Below, piece by piece: positions 1-7,899 of a stretch of DNA of 64,000 nt. The notes beneath the pieces are model-generated. The model was not told where the DNA came from. It worked only from the letters and a program-made list of their open reading frames with translations, and did no database searches. Positions within the stretch are counted from its first letter, which is position 1; every line of letters begins with the position of its first letter. The DNA is taken from the NCBI GenBank assembly GCA_041910055.1, contig JAYRRP010000003.1:301973-365972 (forward strand), given 5' to 3'. Source of the DNA: Candidatus Saccharimonadales bacterium (GTDB lineage Bacteria; Patescibacteriota; Saccharimonadia; Saccharimonadales; JAYRRP01). A program made the translations under genes and the position numbers.

Positions 1-173
1 CGCTAGAAGTGACGTATACAGAGGCAGCCGTGAAGGGTGATACTACCAGCAGCGTCATGAAAGATGCAACGCTGGAAACAGGCATTACGATTAAAGTACC
101 CGCATTTATCCAACAAGGCGATCTGGTGAGCGTAGACACGACAACTGGTGCTTATCGGGAACGCGTAAAGTGA
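1..173 (+). CDS. efp: Elongation factor P, C-terminal fragment (5' end off-window)
   Basis: Frame-3 translation [56 protein letters not shown] matches the conserved EF-P C-terminal OB domain. Stop TGA at 171-173. Absent from the ORF track because there is no start codon in the window. Confidence 0.85.
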   Translation, partial: LEVTYTEAAVKGDTTSSVMKDATLETGITIKVPAFIQQGDLVSVDTTTGAYRERVK

Positions 174-174
174 C

Positions 175-642
175 ATGCAGGGATCTGAACGGTTATATCT
201 GGCATACCTCACTGAGAATTGGTCAGTAGGGACAAACGGGCCGCGTAACCCTCAGCATCTTACATTAGTACCACCGTTTCAAGCCTCACCGAAGGCTGCT
301 GTAGAAGTTGCTTCTTCTGCGGCCCATGAGTTTTCGCCGTTTACGGTGCAAGTTAGTCGGCGAAGTCACTTGGGCCGGAGCCGATCGATACCAGTTTTTC
401 TCATTGAACCAAACCAAGCGTTAATCGATTTGCATACGAGTCTGATAAGGTTGGTGGCGGCTATAGGCGTTGATGTTGAAAGCCTTAGCCATACAAAGAC
501 TAATTATCGCCCTCATATTACTCTCAGGCTTTCTCAACAGACCGATCTACAAGTGGGACAGACCTTACTCATTGATCATATTGCAGTTATCCAGAAGGTG
601 AAGGAGCAACGGACAGTAATTGCGAAAGAATATCTTCAATGA
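175..642 (+). CDS. 2H phosphoesterase superfamily protein (LigT / 2'-5' RNA ligase-like)
   Basis: Two H-x-T-x motifs (HLTLVPPF and HITLRL) spaced about 90 aa apart in a 155-aa protein, as is typical of the 2H family. Confidence 0.6.
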   Translation: MQGSERLYLAYLTENWSVGTNGPRNPQHLTLVPPFQASPKAAVEVASSAAHEFSPFTVQVSRRSHLGRSRSIPVFLIEPNQALIDLHTSLIRLVAAIGVDVESLSHTKTNYRPHITLRLSQQTDLQVGQTLLIDHIAVIQKVKEQRTVIAKEYLQ

Positions 643-1370
643 CGCCAAAGAAAAGACTTGATGCGGCATTGGTGGCCTACGGGCAAGCGGCGACACGGTC
701 ACAAGCCGCTAATTTGATCCAGCTTGGTATGGTGAAAGTGAATGGTAAGATTGCTTCCAAACCCGGACAGTTAGTCAGCCAGGATGCACGCATTGAAGTG
801 GAAAAGGGTCCCCGTTATGTTTCGCGGGCTGCCTATAAACTTGAATCGGTAGCAGGTAGTTTGGGAATAAATTTTCATGGTAAGACAGTGCTAGATGTGG
901 GATCAAGCACTGGAGGGTTTACTGATTATGCTTTGCAACACGGGGCAAAAAAGGTGGTCGGCGTTGACGTGGGGAGTGACCAGTTACACCCGCGCCTGCG
1001 GACTGATGAAAGGGTTGAACTACATGAACAGACGGATATACGTGATTTTGTCCCGAAACAAGTAGTTGATATAGTGACCATTGACGTGTCATTTATTAGC
1101 CTGCGGCAAATTCTGCCGTATCTTGCTCAGTCATTAGTAATCACTGACTGCATTGTCGCCCTATTCAAGCCGCAGTTTGAGGCTGGTGATGTGTTGAAAC
1201 ATAAGGGGGTAGTGAAAAATGAAAAAGTGCGGCGCCAATTGCTCCGTGATTTCGAGGCATGGGTTAAACGTTATTTTGTAATCTCAGGCAAAATGGATTC
1301 TGCCGTAAAAGGGGCACAAGGCAATCAGGAACGGTTTTATTTATTGCGTAAGTTAAAAAGAGTAGATTAG
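639..1370 (+). CDS. tlyA: TlyA-family rRNA 2'-O-methyltransferase (S4 domain + FtsJ-like MTase)
   Basis: N-terminal S4-like RLDAALV..RSQAANLIQLGMVKVNG, then YVSRAAYKLE and the SAM motif LDVGSSTGGFTDYAL. 4-nt overlap with the upstream gene. Confidence 0.85.
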   Translation: MTPKKRLDAALVAYGQAATRSQAANLIQLGMVKVNGKIASKPGQLVSQDARIEVEKGPRYVSRAAYKLESVAGSLGINFHGKTVLDVGSSTGGFTDYALQHGAKKVVGVDVGSDQLHPRLRTDERVELHEQTDIRDFVPKQVVDIVTIDVSFISLRQILPYLAQSLVITDCIVALFKPQFEAGDVLKHKGVVKNEKVRRQLLRDFEAWVKRYFVISGKMDSAVKGAQGNQERFYLLRKLKRVD

Positions 1371-1380
1371 ACTGGTACAT

Positions 1381-2040
1381 ATGTATTTAAAAAGCCGGGT
1401 ATCAGCAGGCAAACAGTTAGCGAGTAGACTCAAACACTACAAAGGCCAACCGAGCGTGGTGGTAGCGTTGTCAGACGGCGGGGTAGTGGTGGGGGCACAA
1501 ATCGCTAAGTCACTTAAGTGTGCTATGACCATGTTGCTGATTGAACCAATTAAGGTTCCTGGTGAACCCGAGGCAATTGCTGTCATCAATCAAGATGGTC
1601 AATATACCTATAACCGAATGTATTCAACTGGACAGCTCGAAGCATTCGATATGGAATATCACGGCTATATTGAACAAGCCAAGCTACAAAAGATGCACAA
1701 GATGCACCGAGCCTATGGCATTAGTGGGCTAATCGATAAGAGCCTCCTTCGGGATCGGAACATAATTTTAGTATCTGATGGTCTTAGTAATGCCTTTTCC
1801 TTAGATGCGGCCATTGAGTACCTGAAGCCTGTGTCTATAAGACGGCTAATTATTGCCACGCCTTTAGCTACCATTAATGCTACCGACCGGATGCACGTAG
1901 AAACAGATGAAATCCAATGTCTAAGTGTGGTTAACAACTATATTTCAACTGATCACTATTATGATGACAACAAAATACCTTCTCACATGAAAATAGTTCG
2001 CTATATCCAAAATTTCATGGCCTCAAAAACAGAAAAATAA
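1381..2040 (+). CDS. Phosphoribosyltransferase-domain protein
   Basis: AGKQLASRL...VVVALSDGGVVVGAQIA and the PRPP-loop-like ILVSDGLSNAFSL; architecture of the predicted-PRTase family. Confidence 0.6.
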   Translation: MYLKSRVSAGKQLASRLKHYKGQPSVVVALSDGGVVVGAQIAKSLKCAMTMLLIEPIKVPGEPEAIAVINQDGQYTYNRMYSTGQLEAFDMEYHGYIEQAKLQKMHKMHRAYGISGLIDKSLLRDRNIILVSDGLSNAFSLDAAIEYLKPVSIRRLIIATPLATINATDRMHVETDEIQCLSVVNNYISTDHYYDDNKIPSHMKIVRYIQNFMASKTEK

Positions 2041-2109
2041 ACAACATAATATTGACAAAACAGCCCAATATATGGTATATATTTATTTGTTAGTTCAATA
2101 AAATAAAAA

Positions 2110-3855
2110 ATGTCCAAACTTATTACCACCCTGGTGGGTCCCCTCACCGGTAGGGTTACTATTACCAAACTTCAGATATTGACACGGGTGTTCACTCTCG
2201 GTGGTGAACTCGCGAAAGTGCTGATTGTCAGTTTCGGTTTGCTCACGTTTGTACAGTTAATATATCCGCCACAATTGGCACGGCCATTTGCTATTTCCTC
2301 TTATGGTCGAGTAGGGTTCAAGACTCGCCAATCAGTTGTAAACCAAATACACAAGCTTAATTCCACTCCAGTGGTCATAAAGCTAGAAAACCTTACCTAT
2401 ACCGAACAACCTTCTAGAATTGGAATTAGCGTGGAACCGCAAAAGGCAGCGAACCAGGCAGTAAACTATGGCTTAATGGAGCGGCTAAAGCCGTTCAGCC
2501 TGTTTAACCGTCGCGATTTGTATTTCGATAAGGAAATCGATAGCCATAAGCTTGATGAATTTGTGCAAAAAGCAATTGAAGAGAATAAACGGCCAGCGAA
2601 AAATGCAAAGCTAAGCCAAGATGCCAACGGTAATTACCGGGTGCAGAGCGGGGAAGTAGGCACTGAGTATCACTCTCAAGAATTGAAAGAGGCTATTGTG
2701 GCGATGGCTTTCGGTAAAAATGTCCAGGTTGCAATAAAGGGTTCACCAGTCGATCCTCCAATTACTGAACAGGAATTGAAAGCAGTAGTGGTCAAAGCTG
2801 ATGCGGCAGCACGTCTGGGCATGGTAGTTATCTTGGGCGGTGAAAGTCATTCTATTCCTAGTAATTTATTGAAGGATTGGGTACATGTGTCAGCTAATGA
2901 GGCGAATGGCACCGTAAGCCTAAGTTACGATAGAAAATCGATAGCCACTTGGGTGCAAAGCAAGTCCTCTCATTATTATCTATCGGCTACACCGACGGTC
3001 ACAAAACTAGTTGATGGCAAAACGGTGGAAACTCGACCGGGTAAAGCTGGGCAGCAGGTTGATATCGAACAGTCTGTAAAAGCAATTACCGATTCACTTG
3101 ATAAAGGTTCTTTTCTTGCGCAGGGAGTAATAAAACCAGTTTCGCCAAGTGCACAAATCTCACGTGGTTATTCGGCTACTAGCTATGGCCTTCAATTACT
3201 TATTAATGACTGGGCACATGAACAGGGCCGAGTACAGGTCGGTGTGGTGTTGCGCGAAATGGGCGGCCAGGGACGGCAGGCTTCTATCAATGCAGGACAG
3301 AGTTTTTTCACGGCTAGTTTTTATAAGCTCTTTGTAGCCCACTATTTGCTCTCTAAGATTATGAGTGGCCAACTCAATCCTAATACTCAGCTACAAGGGG
3401 GTAGAAGTATCATTACATGCGCAGAAGTAATGATTGTAAACTCCGATAATCCTTGTCCGGAAGCCGCGGCTGCGGTGTTTGGCTGGAGTCAGTTGCATGC
3501 GTTTGCCCGCGCAGCAGGCTTTGGTTCTACGACGCTTGCCGCTGGTAATATTCGTACCACTGCGGCGGACACTGCAGATTACATGACCCGGCTCTACCAA
3601 GGTAGTTTATTGGGTAGTTACACTGGTACTATGCAAGGATGGATGCAGCGCCAAATCTACCGTTCTGCTATCCCAGCTGGCGCGAAGGGGAGTACTGTGG
3701 CAGATAAAGTTGGCTTCTATAACGGTTCGTGGCACGATGCGGCAATTGTATCGGGCCCGAAAACTACTTATGTTTTGGTAGTCATGACAGAGGGTGTTGG
3801 CCCTGGTCCTATCGCTACCTTGACGCAGCGGATTCAGGCTACCTTTGGACAATAA
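2110..3855 (+). CDS. Membrane-anchored serine hydrolase (class A beta-lactamase / PBP-like C-terminal domain)
   Basis: N-terminal TM helix. The C-terminal domain has SxxK (SFYK), SDN (NSDN) and a KTG-like motif (DKVG), followed by YVLVVMT. Confidence 0.55.
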   Translation: MSKLITTLVGPLTGRVTITKLQILTRVFTLGGELAKVLIVSFGLLTFVQLIYPPQLARPFAISSYGRVGFKTRQSVVNQIHKLNSTPVVIKLENLTYTEQPSRIGISVEPQKAANQAVNYGLMERLKPFSLFNRRDLYFDKEIDSHKLDEFVQKAIEENKRPAKNAKLSQDANGNYRVQSGEVGTEYHSQELKEAIVAMAFGKNVQVAIKGSPVDPPITEQELKAVVVKADAAARLGMVVILGGESHSIPSNLLKDWVHVSANEANGTVSLSYDRKSIATWVQSKSSHYYLSATPTVTKLVDGKTVETRPGKAGQQVDIEQSVKAITDSLDKGSFLAQGVIKPVSPSAQISRGYSATSYGLQLLINDWAHEQGRVQVGVVLREMGGQGRQASINAGQSFFTASFYKLFVAHYLLSKIMSGQLNPNTQLQGGRSIITCAEVMIVNSDNPCPEAAAAVFGWSQLHAFARAAGFGSTTLAAGNIRTTAADTADYMTRLYQGSLLGSYTGTMQGWMQRQIYRSAIPAGAKGSTVADKVGFYNGSWHDAAIVSGPKTTYVLVVMTEGVGPGPIATLTQRIQATFGQ

Positions 3856-3857
3856 AC

Positions 3858-4928
3858 TTACACGTTAAATCGAAATTCCACAACGTCGTCTGGTTTGAGC
3901 ACGTAATTTTTACCTTCAGTGCGGACCTTGCCGGCGGCTTTAGCGGCAGCAACTGAACCGGTAGCAATCATATCAGCATAGCTAACGACTTCGGCGGCGA
4001 TGAAACCTCGCTCAAAATCAGTATGGATAACGCCGGCAGCTTGTGGGGCAGTGGATCCTTTGGGAATTGTCCAAGCCCGTACTTCTTTTGGTCCGGCCGT
4101 CAAAAAGCTTTGCAAACCGAGCATGTCATAAGCAGCATGAATTAGTTGGTTCAGTCCTGATTCCTGCTGACCGTAGCTCGCAAGTAGTTCCATAGTTTCC
4201 GCTTCGTCCAACCCACGTAGCTCACTTTCAAGTTTGGCGCATAAAAAAAGGGCTTGGGCTGGTGCGACCATACTACTGAGTTCAACCCGTTTTGCTTCAT
4301 TCCCAAGTGCTTCTTCATCGACATTAAAGATATAAATGACCGGTTTCGCGGTGATTAGATGCAAATCAGCTATATATGTCGGGTCGACACCTGCTTCACT
4401 GGCGAGTTTTCCTTCATCTAAATAACGCTCAACAGCCTGATAGGCCTCTAGGATGGGTTGGAGCTTAGGGTTGGCGCGCACTTCCTTCTCGAATCGTACG
4501 AGACGTTTTTGGACAGTATGTAGATCTGCTAACACTAATTCGGTTTGAATAGTTTGGATATCTTTTTTGGGGTTAGGCGCAGCATCAACGTGAACAACAT
4601 TTGTGTCCGAAAAGGTGCGGACGACGTGAGCTAAGACCTGGCATGAGCGAATATGACTCAAGAACTGATTGCCCAGGCCTTCTCCCTGGCTTGCGCCTGC
4701 TACAAGGCCGGCAATATCCACGAATGTAATAGTGGCTGGAATAATCCGATCCGTCTTATAAAGTGCCGCCAATTTTTCCAATCGGGGGTCGGGGATTGGC
4801 ACGGTTCCGGTGTTAGGTTCAATCGTTGCGAAAGGGTAATTCGCCGCCAGTATATTATTGTCGGTGAGTGCGTTGAATAAGGTCGACTTTCCTACGTTCG
4901 GCAGCCCAACAATCCCTATGCTCAGCAT
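3858..4928 (-). CDS. ychF: Redox-regulated ribosome-binding ATPase YchF
   Basis: MLSIGIVGLPNVGKSTLFNALT P-loop, an internal coiled-coil insert, and a C-terminal TGS-like ...EGKNYVLKPDDVVEFRFNV. Confidence 0.95.
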   Translation of the reverse strand: MLSIGIVGLPNVGKSTLFNALTDNNILAANYPFATIEPNTGTVPIPDPRLEKLAALYKTDRIIPATITFVDIAGLVAGASQGEGLGNQFLSHIRSCQVLAHVVRTFSDTNVVHVDAAPNPKKDIQTIQTELVLADLHTVQKRLVRFEKEVRANPKLQPILEAYQAVERYLDEGKLASEAGVDPTYIADLHLITAKPVIYIFNVDEEALGNEAKRVELSSMVAPAQALFLCAKLESELRGLDEAETMELLASYGQQESGLNQLIHAAYDMLGLQSFLTAGPKEVRAWTIPKGSTAPQAAGVIHTDFERGFIAAEVVSYADMIATGSVAAAKAAGKVRTEGKNYVLKPDDVVEFRFNV

Positions 4929-5098
4929 GTAGCCCAGCTTATTTTATTCATCTGTTAATTCTAACAACTAACTATTTTTTCGCATATAGCTGAGTACATG
5001 ATATTACTCGTTGTAGCTCAATTTCACTTGTGCTTGACAACAATAGATAAATGGATAGATACTAAGGTATACATCAAGGGTGGGAAAAAGGAGGTTCT

Positions 5099-5503
5099 AT
5101 GGCTGTACAAAATAACACTCCCACCGGTTGGGTCGGTTGGGCATATTTCGCGAGTTTTATGATGATTTTCCTTGGCTCGTTCAAGGCTATCGCGGGTCTT
5201 GCAGGTATCTTCAGGGATAATTTTTACGTGGTTACAGAAAACCATTTGTTAGCGTTCAATTACAAAACATGGGGATGGATCTATCTAATTCTGGGTATTG
5301 TAATCTTCATGGCTGGACTTGAGCTCTTGCGTGGGGCAGTTTGGGCGAGAATAGTTGCCATTACACTTGCCATAATAAGTTTGGTGGCAAATGCGGCATT
5401 TCTAAAGGCATATCCGTTCTGGACCATAACAATGATGGTTGTCGATGTACTTGTTATCTATGCCCTGACAGTACATGGCGCAGAACTCAAACAACGCGAC
5501 TAA
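5099..5503 (+). CDS. Small integral membrane protein (4 TM, function unknown)
   Basis: 134-aa ORF with hydrophobic helices, preceded by the SD ggaaaaaggagg. No motif recognised. Confidence 0.6.
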   Translation: MAVQNNTPTGWVGWAYFASFMMIFLGSFKAIAGLAGIFRDNFYVVTENHLLAFNYKTWGWIYLILGIVIFMAGLELLRGAVWARIVAITLAIISLVANAAFLKAYPFWTITMMVVDVLVIYALTVHGAELKQRD

Positions 5504-5548
5504 GTATTTCTACAAGCTTGGATATTTCTTGATATAAGCCTTCTGGCC

Positions 5549-5720
5549 TCATTGCTGCGAGAGGGCATCTCGGAGAGCGTAGAAGGCTGGCTTTGGTCGG
5601 TAGGATTTGTCAAATGGCAAGGGGCGTGGATCTTTTAAGCCGAGGTGGTTATACCATGTTTCCTTGTCCGTGATGCCGAGTAGGGCAAAGCAAAATACTT
5701 GCAAATGAGATAATTCACAG
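5549..5720 (-). pseudogene. Relic C-terminus of a GH10-type glycoside hydrolase (xylanase-like)
   Basis: Minus-frame translation ...VFCFALLGITDKETWYNHLGLKDPRPLPFDKSYRPKPAFYALRDALSQQ* (stop at 5551-5549). It matches the GH10 C-terminal signature (WG[IV]xDxxSW...PLLFDxNYxPKPA[FY]xAxxxAL). No start codon and no upstream remainder. It overlaps the promoter of the next gene. Confidence 0.5.
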
Positions 5721-5721
5721 A

Positions 5722-5750
5722 TTGACTTTTCACACTTATTTTGCTACAAT
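5722..5750 (+). promoter_or_regulatory. Sigma70-type promoter of the 5791 gene
   Basis: TTGACT (5722-5727), 17-nt spacer, TACAAT (5745-5750), about 40 nt upstream of the ATG. Confidence 0.6.
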
Positions 5751-5790
5751 TTGGACAGTTAAGCAAAAATAAAAACTTATAATACTATTT

Positions 5791-7488
5791 ATGGAAATTA
5801 CTCCAAAATCACCTCAGGAATTGGTCGCCCAGGCGAAGGACGCATATCCGTATTTTGGCGGTCTTTCTATGCCTGAAGACGAGGTGACGCGTTTGGACAA
5901 TCATGCCAGTGAATTAAAAGAAGACATTGAAGAGCTCACGCCCTATACGCTACCAGACCAAGAACTGGCATCAAAGTTGGCAGAAGTACAGCAAAGAGCA
6001 GTCGAAAGTGGGGTGTGGCGGGCTGATAAAGGTGAAGGGTCAGAAAAACGGCTTACTTTTGCTACTCGCAAAAGACAAGAGTGGGGTTATAACCAAGAAG
6101 AAGCAGCCACAGAGGCAGCTAAAGATTTACAGAGAAATGGCTATTTAGAGGCTATTAGGGATCAGCGAAAAGAGAAGGAGCGTCTATTTAGAAATCCGAT
6201 CAATGAGTACATTGGTCGCCATCAAATAAATGCAGAAACGGAAATACAAGAAATGAACAGTTTACTAGGGCGAACTGTTGATATTGCGACCCTAACCGAA
6301 ATAGAACGCACCAGGTTAGCTGGTGATTTTCCTTCAGGTAATTTTTTGTACCATGGCACTGGCACTGAACAGCTCGTGAAAGTATTAGATTCAGGTGTAT
6401 TGGCGAGCGGCCAGGCGTTACATACACGTGAGGCACGGGCTGCGGAAGCTGAGAGCCGCGATCCTGAGTTTATCCGTCGCAACTCAGGTTTTGAGGGTGT
6501 GTCGTGGAGCATGAACGGCATTGATGCGCTACCCGGTGACCGCTACCACTTAGCCGGTTTTGTTGCTGCTCCAGAGAGGGTACTGACTAGTAAGCAACAG
6601 CTAGCGGTGCCATCGCGGCCTGCACCAAATGAGGTTTTGCAGATTTCTGATGAAATTGAAGCGAATGAGTTTTATGATGCCAAAACACAATTTGAACTGT
6701 ACGGTAGCGTAGGCATGTTTGGTGAGACAAACTCTGTCTATAACAATCTCTTGGCTGCTAGTAAGTGGAAGGCAGAAGGACAATCAAAACCAAGCGAAGA
6801 ACCGATGCTGTATAGGGCCCGGCGTGGTGTATTGAGTCAAAAAAACTATAGAGAAAAGCTTCGCGAATTATTTAGCGTTGATGATAATGGCGTAATTCAG
6901 CTCGACCCGGATTTACTCCAACAGGTAGATGATGAAATTCCTGTTGCTGCTGTATGGTTGCAGGCAGCCATCGACACTGGGCGGCTTAAGGATACTGAGT
7001 TTACAAGTAAAGACGTGCTGACTATTATAGGGCAGCTTGATGAAGAGAATGTAAAGGAGCTTCTGCGAATCAGTCATCAGGACAAGCAAAAATATGAAGA
7101 AATAATTGATGAGAACGAATCTCATGCCGAGAACATAGAAGTTCCAGTGGAAAGTATGTATTTTGTGGCACCACGAAAGGACGCAGAAGCGTGGCTCAAA
7201 GTGATTGCTCGCAGTGACCATAAGCCAGCCGGTATCCTACTTTATGATGATAAAAAAGTTCGTTTGGAAAACTTTGCATCGTCACATAGGGGCGACCACG
7301 TAGAACTTACCGAGGAACTTCGCTCCGCAATTGAACCTGGCGAAGGCTATATCGATTACTCACAAGTGCTTGGTTCTGAGATGCGTGATGATATGCGAGC
7401 AGGCTACAAGCATCATGTGATTGGCGATAAACACTTACAAAATCGCCGATCTATCAAGAAAGCTGGAGATGAGTTAGTCATCACGTAG
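5791..7488 (+). CDS. Hypothetical cytoplasmic protein, 565 aa (orphan)
   Basis: Long ORF with its own promoter, no signal peptide or TM, acidic and coiled-coil rich. The only motif noted is FLYHGTG...GVSWSMNG (weakly ART/Tpt1-like). Confidence 0.7.
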   Translation: MEITPKSPQELVAQAKDAYPYFGGLSMPEDEVTRLDNHASELKEDIEELTPYTLPDQELASKLAEVQQRAVESGVWRADKGEGSEKRLTFATRKRQEWGYNQEEAATEAAKDLQRNGYLEAIRDQRKEKERLFRNPINEYIGRHQINAETEIQEMNSLLGRTVDIATLTEIERTRLAGDFPSGNFLYHGTGTEQLVKVLDSGVLASGQALHTREARAAEAESRDPEFIRRNSGFEGVSWSMNGIDALPGDRYHLAGFVAAPERVLTSKQQLAVPSRPAPNEVLQISDEIEANEFYDAKTQFELYGSVGMFGETNSVYNNLLAASKWKAEGQSKPSEEPMLYRARRGVLSQKNYREKLRELFSVDDNGVIQLDPDLLQQVDDEIPVAAVWLQAAIDTGRLKDTEFTSKDVLTIIGQLDEENVKELLRISHQDKQKYEEIIDENESHAENIEVPVESMYFVAPRKDAEAWLKVIARSDHKPAGILLYDDKKVRLENFASSHRGDHVELTEELRSAIEPGEGYIDYSQVLGSEMRDDMRAGYKHHVIGDKHLQNRRSIKKAGDELVIT

Positions 7489-7528
7489 ACAAATTCTTAA
7501 GTTAAAGACAATATCGCTTGAAAGTTTC

Positions 7529-7537
7529 TGGTATAAT
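7529..7537 (+). promoter_or_regulatory. Extended -10 promoter (TGgTATAAT), cassette 1
   Basis: tggtataat. The same element recurs at 10550 and 13743. Confidence 0.55.
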
Positions 7538-7584
7538 CGAAACCATAAACACTTTTTGGTGGGCAGTATTACTGTAAATAATCA

Positions 7585-7899
7585 ATGTTCAATATAAAAA
7601 AACCTTCTGGAGATCATCTTGCTCATCGAGTTGAGCTGTTGGGGCGCGTGGATAATGTTCAAAATCCTTCCAAGAAGAAAACAATCTTGCTTATTACAGC
7701 GGTAGCGTTATTGATCACAGTAGGAGTAAGTATATTTTTAATACAGAAAAATCATAAACCATCCGGCTCCAAACCAGCGGGTGCCGGTCAAGATAATCAG
7801 CAATATACCAATGGTAACTCTGATAAGCTCAAGCAAAAGCTTGACCAAGAAATTCAGCAAAAAGGTGAAAAACAAAGAGGAGAAGCCAAGAGTGAGTAA
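7585..7899 (+). CDS. Small single-pass membrane protein, cassette 1 (paralog of 10602..11129)
   Basis: MFNIKKPSGDHLAHRVELLGRV + TM helix. The first ~66 nt are nearly identical to 10602-10667. Confidence 0.75.
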   Translation: MFNIKKPSGDHLAHRVELLGRVDNVQNPSKKKTILLITAVALLITVGVSIFLIQKNHKPSGSKPAGAGQDNQQYTNGNSDKLKQKLDQEIQQKGEKQRGEAKSE

